Source of the DNA: a bacterium
Lineage (GTDB): Bacteria; Patescibacteriota; Minisyncoccia; Minisyncoccales; GWA2-46-15
Length of the DNA stretch: 64,000 nt
NCBI GenBank assembly: GCA_030693425.1
Contig: JAUYAM010000002.1
Location: 256,632-320,631 of the forward strand
Direction of reading: 5' to 3'
Position numbers and translations under genes: made by a program. This document shows positions 41,218 to 50,294 of this stretch, one piece after another (the stretch's first letter is position 1; each line of letters starts with the position of its first letter). The notes beneath the pieces are model-generated. The model saw only the letters and a program-made list of their open reading frames with translations, did no database searches and had not been told where the DNA came from.

Positions 41218-44055
41218 TCAAGGAGCCGGCCCTTTATTTGCATACTCGCAAATCCCTTTAAAATCGCACCACTGGCACTGCCAGCCCGGAGTCGGTTTAA
41301 AATCGCTTTTCTGGATTTCTTTAATCTCTTTGACAATCTTTTCTTTTTCTTTTTTGATATCTTCTTTGCCGCCCAAAAAAGAAACGCTTTTACCCTCGTC
41401 TAAATAATAATAAGTCAGTTTTTTTGGCTTTAACCCTAAAACCTCTTCAGCCGCCATCTGATAAATCAAAAGCTGTTTTTTGTCTTCGGGCCGCAATTTT
41501 TCCTTGGCAGATCCTGTTTTGTAATCAATGATTTCCACTCCTCCGTCCAAATCGTCAATCCTATCTATCTTGCCAATGAGAGTATGGCTGCCGATTTTTA
41601 AATTAAAATCCTGCTCCAAAGCCGGCTTACCTGAAACCAGCAATATTTTCGGCTTTGTTTCCATAAGCTCTTCGTAGAAACTTTTAAGCGTTTTTTTTCC
41701 CGACTCAAAATAGTCTTTTTTCTGTTCCGGGCTTTCATACCATTCGTCCAGCCACTCTTTCTCGTAAATCGCCAGCAGCTCCTTAAAACCGGGCTTATTT
41801 CCCGAGGCAAAAGCCAAAGCAAAACTATGCAAGGTATTGTGCATTGTCTTGCCAAAAGAAAACATGGCTTTGCCCCTGACAGGAATCTTTAAAATATGGG
41901 CAAACTTGTACTGTAAAGGGCACTTGTCAAAGGCGATCAGCTGGGTGAAAGAAAACCTTTTAGGCAACTCCAGTTTTGCCGGTTTCGCTTTTCTTTCAAC
42001 TTTAAGAGAAATTTCCTTGGTTGAAATAATCTTGCCGTCGTATCCCAGCTCCGGCAAAAACCGAGACAGCCTTTTTGCCTGAACGCCCCCGTAACTTTCA
42101 GCCGAAGTCAAAAACAAAGCGTTTCTGGCGCGGGTCAGCCCCACGTAAAAAAGCCTTCTTTCTTCCTGGAGATGAAAATCCCCTTTGGGAAGGATATCCT
42201 TAATCAAGGGTTTTGGAATTTCAATCGGATCCGGCCTTTCAATGCTCGGGAATCTTTTGTCAACAAGATTGATCAGAAAAACATACTTAAACTCCAAACC
42301 CTTGGCCGAATGGACGGTCATGATTTTAACCGCTTCCGGCCCCTGCTCAATATCAAAACTAAGTCTTCCCTCTTCCCCGGACTCCAGCTCCATATCCAGC
42401 TCCTCCATAAAGCTCTTCAACCTTGCGTCCAGATGAGATTCTTCAAAGGCTTTTATCCGGCTATGGAATTGGAAAATGAGGTCAAGATCCTCTTTTCTTT
42501 CTTTCCTGACTAAATATTCAAGAAAGCCCGAATCCTCAAGAAAAGCCAAGAGGATTTCGGAAACGTTTTTTTCCAAAGCCATCCGGGTATGCTTTTCCAC
42601 CAGGACCAAGATTCTAATAACGGTTTTTTGAGTCTTGCCGGAGACGCCGCCAATCAGGGGCAGTTCCTGAAGAGCTTCATAAATCGATTTTGACCGGCGA
42701 CGGCTGTACTGGTTGATTCTGGCAATGTCTTGGGGGCTAATTCCCAAAAAGGGAAGGCTGAGAATCCGAAAAGAGGCCGAACTCTCATGATAATTGTCCA
42801 GAAACTTAAAATAGGAAATGATGTCTAAAATCACCGGCTTTGAATATAATCCCTTGAGAGCTAAAAACTGGTAGGGAACGCCCGATCTTTCAAAGGATCG
42901 GGCAAAAGGCATCGCCTGATTGTTAGCCCTGACCAAAATGGCAAAATCGTTGAAACAGGCTTTCTTGTCTGTTTTCAAGAGCCGGCCAATCCTGGCGACA
43001 ACGCCGGCAATCTCCTGCTCGGCGGTTTTAAAATGAAGGTGGGCAATTTCAGCTTTGCCCGCCCTCGCCGCTTTCAGTTTTTTGCTGATTCTATTCAGCC
43101 AGTCGGGCCTCAATGAGTCATCGAGCCGGATAAATTTATGGGCCAGGTCGAGAATATTCTGGAAAGAGCGGTAATTTTCCGCCAAGGCAATTTCTTTTGC
43201 CCGAGGAAAATCCTTTTTGAACTGGATGAGATTGCCCCAAGAAGCGCCCCGCCAGCGGTAGATCGCCTGAAAATCGTCGCCGCAAACAGTCAGGTTGTTC
43301 TCTGGCGCCGCCAAAAGCCTAACCAGCTCGTACTGAGCAAAATTTGTATCTTGGAACTCATCAACTAAAATATACTTGAATTGCCGGCGGTATTTTTCTA
43401 GAATCTTTGGCCGTTTCTGGAAAAGCTTCAAGCAGTAATTTATCAAATCGCCGAAATCCAAAACCCCTGACTTTAAAAGCAACTCCTGGTAAGTTTGAAA
43501 AGCCCGGGCCACTTCCAAAAGCCGGCCCCGGTCATCGCCCTTGGCTTTGCGGGCGTATTTTAAATAGTCCTCTGGCAAAATCTGCTGGTCTTTACAACGA
43601 TTAAAATGCTCGATTAAAGCATGGACAAATTTTGTCGGCTGGCCCAAAGGCCGGTAATAATCAAGCTTGAACCTCTCTAGGTTCTGCCTAATCAAAAGCC
43701 AGGCGCTGGTCTGGTCAACTAATTTGAAATCAGTAGATAATCCAATATCTAAACCGTGTTCTCTCAAGACCCGGTCGCAAAAAGAATGGAAAGTGGAAAT
43801 CCAAAGATCGCTGTAGCCGCAGGACAAAAGCCGATCTACTCTTTCAACCATTTCCTGAGCTGCTTTGTCCGTAAAGGTAAGCCCAAGAATCTCCTTAGGT
43901 CTAACCTTTTTCTTTTCGATCAGGTAGGCAATCCTATTGGTAATGACCGTAGTTTTGCCGGTGCCGGCCCCCGCCACGATCAAAAGCGGGCCTCGGCCAA
44001 AGGTGACAGCCTGTTTTTGCTTTGAGTTGAGTTTGGATAAAGAAGAGGCAAACAT
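41218..44055 (-). CDS. UvrD/PcrA-type helicase fused to a Cas4/AddB-type PD-(D/E)xK nuclease
   Basis: Start at MFASSLSKLNSKQ (ATG 44053-44055). AGAGTGKT Walker A, DEFQDT. C-terminus has CPLQYKF...IDRID...EIIDYKTG...LLIYQ...CQWCDFKGIC. Confidence 0.88.
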   Translation of the reverse strand: MFASSLSKLNSKQKQAVTFGRGPLLIVAGAGTGKTTVITNRIAYLIEKKKVRPKEILGLTFTDKAAQEMVERVDRLLSCGYSDLWISTFHSFCDRVLREHGLDIGLSTDFKLVDQTSAWLLIRQNLERFKLDYYRPLGQPTKFVHALIEHFNRCKDQQILPEDYLKYARKAKGDDRGRLLEVARAFQTYQELLLKSGVLDFGDLINYCLKLFQKRPKILEKYRRQFKYILVDEFQDTNFAQYELVRLLAAPENNLTVCGDDFQAIYRWRGASWGNLIQFKKDFPRAKEIALAENYRSFQNILDLAHKFIRLDDSLRPDWLNRISKKLKAARAGKAEIAHLHFKTAEQEIAGVVARIGRLLKTDKKACFNDFAILVRANNQAMPFARSFERSGVPYQFLALKGLYSKPVILDIISYFKFLDNYHESSASFRILSLPFLGISPQDIARINQYSRRRSKSIYEALQELPLIGGVSGKTQKTVIRILVLVEKHTRMALEKNVSEILLAFLEDSGFLEYLVRKERKEDLDLIFQFHSRIKAFEESHLDARLKSFMEELDMELESGEEGRLSFDIEQGPEAVKIMTVHSAKGLEFKYVFLINLVDKRFPSIERPDPIEIPKPLIKDILPKGDFHLQEERRLFYVGLTRARNALFLTSAESYGGVQAKRLSRFLPELGYDGKIISTKEISLKVERKAKPAKLELPKRFSFTQLIAFDKCPLQYKFAHILKIPVRGKAMFSFGKTMHNTLHSFALAFASGNKPGFKELLAIYEKEWLDEWYESPEQKKDYFESGKKTLKSFYEELMETKPKILLVSGKPALEQDFNLKIGSHTLIGKIDRIDDLDGGVEIIDYKTGSAKEKLRPEDKKQLLIYQMAAEEVLGLKPKKLTYYYLDEGKSVSFLGGKEDIKKEKEKIVKEIKEIQKSDFKPTPGWQCQWCDFKGICEYANKGPAP

Positions 44056-44243
44056 TTGATTATCATAACACGCCTCCAGCCTTCGCCCCAAAACCGTTCT
44101 CAACTACGCCGCCGGGTCGCGTAGTCCGCATGAAACACAAAGTATATCCATGCGTCATGGGCCAGTACAAGTTATTGACAAAATGATTCTATTTTAGTTA
44201 GATAACCTTACTATCCATCCAGTTCATTCAAGGAGGTTAAATA

Positions 44244-44483
44244 ATGGCCGTAAAAATCATCCTCAACGTTGATCCTAACGACTTTATCGCGTTCTCAAGG
44301 ATTTGCGCCAAGGTTCAGCACCTCATCAACATCGCGCCCGGAGGTAATTTTTCCCTTCAATCGGTCCCCGGCAGTAAAACAGAATACTTGTTAGTGGACC
44401 GCAGAGCCAGGGAACCGACTTCTCTCTCAGAATGGCTAAAAGAACATTTTGAAGAAATAGATGTCACCGTCACGGAATCGTGA
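44244..44483 (+). CDS. hypothetical small protein (G+C-rich orphan)
   Basis: 79-aa ORF. SD AGGAGG 7 nt upstream. TTGACA at 44175-44180. Opposite strand to both neighbours. Confidence 0.5.
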   Translation: MAVKIILNVDPNDFIAFSRICAKVQHLINIAPGGNFSLQSVPGSKTEYLLVDRRAREPTSLSEWLKEHFEEIDVTVTES

Positions 44484-44539
44484 CTAAAAACGCCGACAGG
44501 GCTTTGCCCTGCCGGCGTTTAATTTTAAGATTCTTAAAA

Positions 44540-44902
44540 TCAGCAGGTTGTATGGATCAAGGCGTTGATTTTCTGCCCCAACCCAGCTTTCTCATTATAA
44601 AACTTGATGGCTTCTGGCGTCAGCAAGGCAATAACGATTATCCCCTTTTCCCTGGCCAGGCCAACGAAATCTTCTCCGACCTCCAGAGCCCCCTGCCAGC
44701 CGGTTCCAATAACAATGATTTCGGGATTTTCTTCAAACAGCTTTTCTGCCTCCCAATCGCCTATCTTATGAGAAGTGCCAAACAGCTCTTCAAGCCTCTT
44801 ATAGTCTCTTTCTAAAACTTCAGAGCCCACAATTAAAACCTGATGGTATTTCTTGCCATCAATGACAATTGAACCAAAATCAACTGAATCAATTTTTGGC
44901 AT
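44540..44902 (-). CDS. Mth938-like (DUF498) domain protein
   Basis: 120-aa ORF. IVIDGKKY..VLIV......W........PEIIVIGTG....EV......LAREKGI.V....T.EA...YN pattern recalled for Mth938-like domains. Confidence 0.6.
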   Translation of the reverse strand: MPKIDSVDFGSIVIDGKKYHQVLIVGSEVLERDYKRLEELFGTSHKIGDWEAEKLFEENPEIIVIGTGWQGALEVGEDFVGLAREKGIIVIALLTPEAIKFYNEKAGLGQKINALIHTTC

Positions 44903-45052
44903 CCCCGTAGGAAATTAAATATCTTCCGTGGTTAAAACGTTTAAGCTTTCATATATCATAAGACATTGTTTGAAAATAGTTAGAGGGGTTTTAGAATGAA
45001 GATATTTCGCTTCCTGAAAATTCCACGAAAACCCCTGCGTTTTTCTACGGGG
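44903..45052. mobile_element. MITE-like element copy E3 (150 bp), exactly filling an intergenic gap
   Basis: CCCCGTAGGAAATTA at 44903-44917 and the inverse TTTTTCTACGGGG at 45040-45052. Flanked by CAT at 44900-44902 and 45053-45055. About 29-nt imperfect TIRs, each ending in TTCCGTGG or its complement CCACG(G)AA. Confidence 0.65.
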
Positions 45053-45362
45053 CATTCTTGCCGGGAAAGATAAAAGTTTTTTTGAAAATAATCTTGTACA
45101 GATTTTCGAGAAAGTCGCCTCCGGCATAGCCGACAATCAGGGCCAGGGGTGGGGTTAAAGTGTCCAGGCCAGAAATGATGACGCCCGACTGCTTGATCGC
45201 CGCTGCGGTCAGCAAGCCCACCACTCCGGACAAAAAAGAAGTCGCAAAAAAGTAGAGGGGATTAAAAGGAGTGTTTTTATAAGAGTAATAGTATTTTAGA
45301 AAACCGACCAGTCCCCTGATTAGGCCGCCTCCAAACCCGGCAACTAGGATAGAAAAGTACAT
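45045..45362 (-). CDS. small Gly-rich membrane protein
   Basis: 105-aa ORF with three hydrophobic segments. The last codons GCC CCG TAG come from the element E3 terminus. Confidence 0.55.
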   Translation of the reverse strand: MYFSILVAGFGGGLIRGLVGFLKYYYSYKNTPFNPLYFFATSFLSGVVGLLTAAAIKQSGVIISGLDTLTPPLALIVGYAGGDFLENLYKIIFKKTFIFPGKNAP

Positions 45363-45545
45363 GATTTGATTTGGTTATCTTATTATTTGTAAGATTTACG
45401 AGCGTTGTTTACACTTTTGTGTCTCAAACTGTAAACAACGCTAGGATTTCCTACAGATAATTATAGCGCAAAACCTGTCATTCGTCTCTGATGTCGTCGA
45501 ACTCATAAAATAGGACTATGACCGATATTTTCACCATAAAAGCGG

Positions 45546-46244
45546 TTATTTAATTGCGGCAAAATAATCATCCAGCAATCTGCTTAGATATTCTTTGAAT
45601 TTCAATTGCTCTTTGATGCTGTTCATCACCTCTAAAGCAATGGCTTTCCCAAAAACGTACTTTGGCAGACTCGTCAGATAGTCAAAGTCACGCAAGCTGG
45701 AAATAGTATGGATGTCTGTCATAAGGCCGGGCGAGTAGCCGTTGAGGTGATTGCAGGAAAACTTCCCCTTATTTTTTCTCAGAAAAATGTAATAAGCTTC
45801 TTCTCCGCCCCTAGCCAAGGATGCCTTAAGATGAGACAGGTCCACGCAAAAGCCGCCAATTCTTTCGACTTTGACCTCTTTAGCAACCTGGTCGCTATAG
45901 TCCAGCTCCAGGTAGAGCTTGTCCCAAAAGCCCTTCCACTTATCCAAATCGTCGAAGTCTGACTCGTGAATGTTGAAATACCTTGTCTGAAACTTATTAA
46001 TGAAAAACTTGATTTCTTCTTTGGTAGTGTCGGCTGTCAAGTGAACAAAAGGGACCTTCTTAATCGAGGACTTCAAAAGAAATGGGTAAAAGTTCTCCCT
46101 CTCTCTTTTATTGAAACGCTCGAGGAAAACAGCAATTTCGCTGATCTTCATTTCGTTGATCTCGTCCAGCTTTGCTTTCCAGTCAGAGCTTACCTCGCCG
46201 GTAATCCCCAAGAGTATGCGTTTTGAAAAAGATTGCTTGTCCAT
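45546..46244 (-). CDS. hypothetical protein
   Basis: 232-aa ORF with uniform coding look. No family recognised. Confidence 0.6.
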   Translation of the reverse strand: MDKQSFSKRILLGITGEVSSDWKAKLDEINEMKISEIAVFLERFNKRERENFYPFLLKSSIKKVPFVHLTADTTKEEIKFFINKFQTRYFNIHESDFDDLDKWKGFWDKLYLELDYSDQVAKEVKVERIGGFCVDLSHLKASLARGGEEAYYIFLRKNKGKFSCNHLNGYSPGLMTDIHTISSLRDFDYLTSLPKYVFGKAIALEVMNSIKEQLKFKEYLSRLLDDYFAAIK

Positions 46245-46294
46245 TTTCTTGCGCGCTTTATCCGCGCACCAGTCCCGCTTTTAGCAGGACGGTG

Positions 46295-46365
46295 CGGGAT
46301 TCCGCTCCACGCGTAAGCGTGGGAGGAATCCCGTAGCGGAGAAGATACCACGCGCTTGCGCGTGG
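46295..46365. repeat. G+C-rich double-hairpin intergenic element, locus 2
   Basis: CGGGATTCC..TCCACGC-GTAA-GCGTGGGA..GGAATCCCG (46295-46333) and CCACGCGC-TT-GCGCGTGG (46348-46365). The reverse complement matches the 19789 hairpin with a compensatory pair change. Confidence 0.55.
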
Positions 46366-46372
46366 AGCTTCA

Positions 46373-48820
46373 TTAAAACAACTTCTTTTTGGATTGGTTC
46401 ACCGCTTTTGCCAATTCGATAATTATAATGATTATGGCCGCCGCCGCCAGAAGCAGGCCCCAGTCAACCAAGTTCAAGGGAACGATGTTCAAAAGCCTTT
46501 GGGTCAAAGGAAGGTAGGTAATGGAAATCTGCAGGCCCAAGCTGGCAAAGACGGCCGCAAAAAGCCATTTATTGGACCAAAAGTTCTCATATTTCCAGAA
46601 AGGCTTCCTGAAAGTCCGGCAGGAAAAGATGTAAAGAACCGATTCAAAAGAAATTGCCATAAAAGCCATCGTCCGGCCAAGCTCTATCATCCCCAGATGA
46701 AGGCCGAAATACCAAAACAGTCCCAGGCTAAAAAGACCCGATAAAAAGGAAACCAGGAAAATCAGGAAAACGCTGAATCTGTTGAGAATGGGTTCTGCAA
46801 TTGCCTTTGGCCCCTCAGCCATCACCTCTTTTTCCTTTGGCTCAAATCCGAGAACAACGTCTTCCGGTCCGTCGCACAGCAAATGAAGCCAGAGAATCTG
46901 GACAATAGTCAAGGGCAAAGGCCAACCCAAGAAAATCGACCCCAGAATCAAAACGATCTCGGCAAAGGAATTTGAAAGCATAAAAAAGATAACTTTTCTA
47001 AGATTTTCGAAAACCACCCTTCCTTCTTCAATGGCAGAAATAATAGTCTTAAAATTGCTGTCCAAAAGAATCATGTCCGCCGTTTCCTTGGCCACTTCCG
47101 AAGCCTCGGCCATCACAATGCCGATGTTTGATTTTTTAAGGGCGGGGGCGTCGTTGACGCCGTCTCCGGTCATCGCCACTATTTCCCCGAGCTCCTGAAG
47201 AGCCTTTACTATTCTCAACTTCTGGTTGGGCGTCACCCGGGAAAACAAGAGAATGCCGGGCACCCTGGCGCGCAAATCTTCGTCGCTGAGTTTTCTCATC
47301 TCGTGCCCTTCCAAAACCTCATCCGGTTCAACTTTCATGCCTAAAAACTCCATAATCTTTTCTGACGTCCGGCGATAGTCTCCGGTAACCACTTTTATCT
47401 TAATGCCGGCTTTTTTGGCGATTAAAATGGTTTCTTTGGCTTCTTTACGGGGCGGGTCCCAAAGGCCGATCATGCCGCCCCATTGGAGAGAGGGCATGTT
47501 TCCTAAGCTAATTTCTTTTGCCTCGGCAGAGGAAACTTTTTGAAAAGCCAGGCCGATAACTTTCAAGCCCTTGCCTGCCAATTCGTCCATTTTGGCCAAA
47601 ACCTGCAGCCGGCTGCCTTCGGCTAAACTCGTCATCGCCAAAACTATTTCTGGAGCCCCTTTGACGAATAAAAAGGTCCCCTCTTCCGGCGAAGAGTTAA
47701 CAGTGGCCATAAACTTATGCTCGCTGCTGAAAAGAATCTCAGAAATCCTTTGGTATTTATCCGAAACGTTTTCAGGAGAAAAACCTTTCTGGCTCCTCAG
47801 GTAGTCCCAGATAGCGATTTCTTCCGGACTGGAAATGTCATTGCAAAGGGACATTGTCAGGAGGCTGCTTTCTCGGTCTTTAAAATCTGCCTCGCTGACT
47901 TTCATTTCCCCTTCTGTCAGGGTCCCGGTTTTATCGATACAAATAGTCGTCACCGACCCAAGAGTCTCAACCGCCAAAAGCTTCCTGATCAAGGCTTTTC
48001 TCTTCAAGATCTTCTGCGTGGCAATGACCAAAATCAAGGTAACAACTATGAGCAGGGCTTCGGGAATAATGGCTACCAGAATCACAGAAGCTGTCTGAAC
48101 CATCTGCCAAAAGTCTCTGCCGGCCAGAAATCCGGAGACGAGTACCAAGAACGAAAGGAAAACCGAAAAATAGACTATGGATCTCGTAAATCTCTTCAAT
48201 CTTAGCTGGAGAGTCGTCAAGGGCTGAGACGTTTGTTCGAGGGCCGAGGCAATTTCCCCCATCTCGGTGGTCAGGCCGATTTTTGTCACCCTGATGACAG
48301 CCCGACCGCCGGCAATAATTGTTCCCATATAGGCTTCGTCCCCGGGATTTTTTTCCACTGGCTCGCTTTCGCCAGTCAGAATCGCCTCGTTGGCAAAGAG
48401 GGAAACTGCTTCCAAAACTTTTGCGTCTGCCGGGACCTTGTCGCCGACGGCAAGAAAAACAATGTCCCCGGGAACAAGATCTGAAACCTCAATCTCCTGC
48501 CTCTGGCCGTCCCTAATAACCCTGGCCAGCGGCCTGATCAGCTTCTTCAAGGCTGCCATGGTCCTTTGGGCTTTGTATTCCTGAAAAAAGCCAAAGGCAG
48601 AGTTTAAAAGCACCACCAAGAATATAAAAGCGATCTCAAGATATTCCTTGGAAAGAAGGGAGATGACTCCGGCAAACAAAAGCAGAAAAATCAGGGGGTT
48701 GGCAAACTGGGACAAAAAGATCCTGATCGGAGAAACCTCTTTGCCTTCCGGCAAAACATTGGCCCCGTATTTAGCCTTAAGCTCTTTGACTCTTGCTGAA
48801 GAAAGACCGATGTGTTTCAT
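46373..48820 (-). CDS. P-type cation-transporting ATPase (type II, Ca2+/Mg2+-like)
   Basis: 815-aa ORF. TGES, ICIDKTGTLT, KGAPE, TGDGVNDAPALKKSNIG, and ten TM segments. Confidence 0.93.
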   Translation of the reverse strand: MKHIGLSSARVKELKAKYGANVLPEGKEVSPIRIFLSQFANPLIFLLLFAGVISLLSKEYLEIAFIFLVVLLNSAFGFFQEYKAQRTMAALKKLIRPLARVIRDGQRQEIEVSDLVPGDIVFLAVGDKVPADAKVLEAVSLFANEAILTGESEPVEKNPGDEAYMGTIIAGGRAVIRVTKIGLTTEMGEIASALEQTSQPLTTLQLRLKRFTRSIVYFSVFLSFLVLVSGFLAGRDFWQMVQTASVILVAIIPEALLIVVTLILVIATQKILKRKALIRKLLAVETLGSVTTICIDKTGTLTEGEMKVSEADFKDRESSLLTMSLCNDISSPEEIAIWDYLRSQKGFSPENVSDKYQRISEILFSSEHKFMATVNSSPEEGTFLFVKGAPEIVLAMTSLAEGSRLQVLAKMDELAGKGLKVIGLAFQKVSSAEAKEISLGNMPSLQWGGMIGLWDPPRKEAKETILIAKKAGIKIKVVTGDYRRTSEKIMEFLGMKVEPDEVLEGHEMRKLSDEDLRARVPGILLFSRVTPNQKLRIVKALQELGEIVAMTGDGVNDAPALKKSNIGIVMAEASEVAKETADMILLDSNFKTIISAIEEGRVVFENLRKVIFFMLSNSFAEIVLILGSIFLGWPLPLTIVQILWLHLLCDGPEDVVLGFEPKEKEVMAEGPKAIAEPILNRFSVFLIFLVSFLSGLFSLGLFWYFGLHLGMIELGRTMAFMAISFESVLYIFSCRTFRKPFWKYENFWSNKWLFAAVFASLGLQISITYLPLTQRLLNIVPLNLVDWGLLLAAAAIIIIIIELAKAVNQSKKKLF

Positions 48821-48895
48821 TTTCCCATTCTATCAAAAAAAGCCCGGGCTGACGACGGGATAAAAATAGAAGCGCCGCCATTTTCTCTAAAGAAA

Positions 48896-49657
48896 TTACT
48901 TTGGCTCTTCCTTGCCGATTAATCCCCTATAGGCGCAGTATTCGCATTCCTCGCTGGCTTTGGGCATTATATCTGATTCAAGGCATTTCTTTATTTCAAA
49001 TAAGGCAGGTTCCACCCAGGAGTCATCGCCCTGATAAGGAATGATCGAGGTTTCAAACTCCAGTCTAGCGTCAAACTCTGGCCTGTTTTTTCCGGCATTG
49101 GCGAAGAGGAAATAGCCTGTGTTTGAAACCTTAAAGCCCATCTGTCTGAAAATCCACTGGTAAATCTCCATCTGCTTTTTGTAGCTCTGCTTATACTCAT
49201 CCTCCAAAGAAATCTCTTTTGAAGTGCTGGTGGCTTTGTAGTCGGCAAGAAACAATTCCTTGGTTTTTTCATTTATCCAGACGTCGTCAATAATGCCGCA
49301 GACCTTTAAATTGGTCTTTTGATGGATAGCGCAGGCGCCAACGTATTGGTAAACGTCATCTCTCCAGATTTTTAAATCCGGGTGGTCAAAAGGAATGGCG
49401 TCAATACCATAAGCAATCATCAATTTATGGGACTCGCCCTTTTTTCTCAAAAGATCGAATTCGTTCTTTAATAATTTGTCAACGGCGCTGTTCAACGCCC
49501 ATCCCGGCAGGCTCGGCCGGCCCAATCCCAGCTTTCTGTCCAGATAAAAACATCTCGGGCATCCCAGGAAAAGGTCGATCTTAGACCTGCTGATCGCAAA
49601 AAGCTCTTTGGAATTTGAATTGTAGAGCCCTTTTTCTTTTTTATAGTATTTGTTCAT
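48896..49657 (-). CDS. PD-(D/E)xK nuclease-family protein (Cas4-like Cys pattern)
   Basis: 253-aa ORF. CPRCFY near the N-terminus, IIDD...LADYKATS core, QMEIYQW, and C-terminal CEYCAY. Confidence 0.72.
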   Translation of the reverse strand: MNKYYKKEKGLYNSNSKELFAISRSKIDLFLGCPRCFYLDRKLGLGRPSLPGWALNSAVDKLLKNEFDLLRKKGESHKLMIAYGIDAIPFDHPDLKIWRDDVYQYVGACAIHQKTNLKVCGIIDDVWINEKTKELFLADYKATSTSKEISLEDEYKQSYKKQMEIYQWIFRQMGFKVSNTGYFLFANAGKNRPEFDARLEFETSIIPYQGDDSWVEPALFEIKKCLESDIMPKASEECEYCAYRGLIGKEEPK

Positions 49658-49733
49658 AGTTTTATTCTAACAGAAAATCGCCCTGGTGGCGATGTAAAAA
49701 TTCGGAACCGAACTTCGGCAGCAAAAAGAAGAG

Positions 49734-50177
49734 CTAAATCAAGGATTTTTCAAGATAATGCTCTATAATTCCTTTGCTGGGAAAATAGATCGGCTCGGGC
49801 AGGTTGTTTAAGCTAAACCACTGCCATTCAGTAATCTCGTCTGGCTCCATAACCTTTGCTTCTCCTTCAAAATCTTTGCAGAGAAAGCCAATGGTGACAA
49901 AATGGGCATCTTCAACCATGTCATCGGCAACGCTGATGATTTCCAGCTTTTCCTGATTGATTCTGATGCCGGTTTCCTCAAAAGTTTCCCTAAAAGCCGC
50001 CTCTTTCAGTTTTTCACCAAAATGAAGCTTGCCTCCGGGCATTGTCCATCTGCCTTCCCCGTGGAGCTCGCTATCAGCTTTTTGAGGATCAGAATGCCTT
50101 TTGCCGAGCAAAACCTTATCATCTCTCAAAATCATCACTCCGACTCCAATCCCTGGTTTTTTGTTTAAATCATCCAT
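49734..50177 (-). CDS. NUDIX hydrolase
   Basis: 147-aa ORF with Nudix box GGKLHFGEKLKEAAFRETFEETG. Confidence 0.88.
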   Translation of the reverse strand: MDDLNKKPGIGVGVMILRDDKVLLGKRHSDPQKADSELHGEGRWTMPGGKLHFGEKLKEAAFRETFEETGIRINQEKLEIISVADDMVEDAHFVTIGFLCKDFEGEAKVMEPDEITEWQWFSLNNLPEPIYFPSKGIIEHYLEKSLI

Positions 50178-50294
50178 GTTTTAGTTATACCACAAAACGC
50201 TGTCTTGGAACCAACCGGCTGCGGCTCTGCGGCAATTTCCTCAAGATCCTATTAGAATAATGGCTTTGCCAAGCCATTTTGTTATAATGCAGGA

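Noticed and set aside
40781-41336. Reverse-strand ORFs of 104 aa and 135 aa overlapping the 40965-41189 gene.
   Set aside because: The local high G+C removes stop codons in several frames. Only the forward ORF has an SD at proper spacing and a hairpin after its stop. The 135-aa ORF also runs into the helicase gene's 3' end.
45444-45456. Solo ATTTCCTACAG resembling a MITE right terminus, next to the 12-bp-stem hairpin AGCGTTGTTTAC...GTAAACAACGCT (45400-45443).
   Set aside because: Only a degenerate single end is present (CAG instead of GGGG), with no partner terminus or flank duplication. It is possibly a decayed copy, but that is not supportable.
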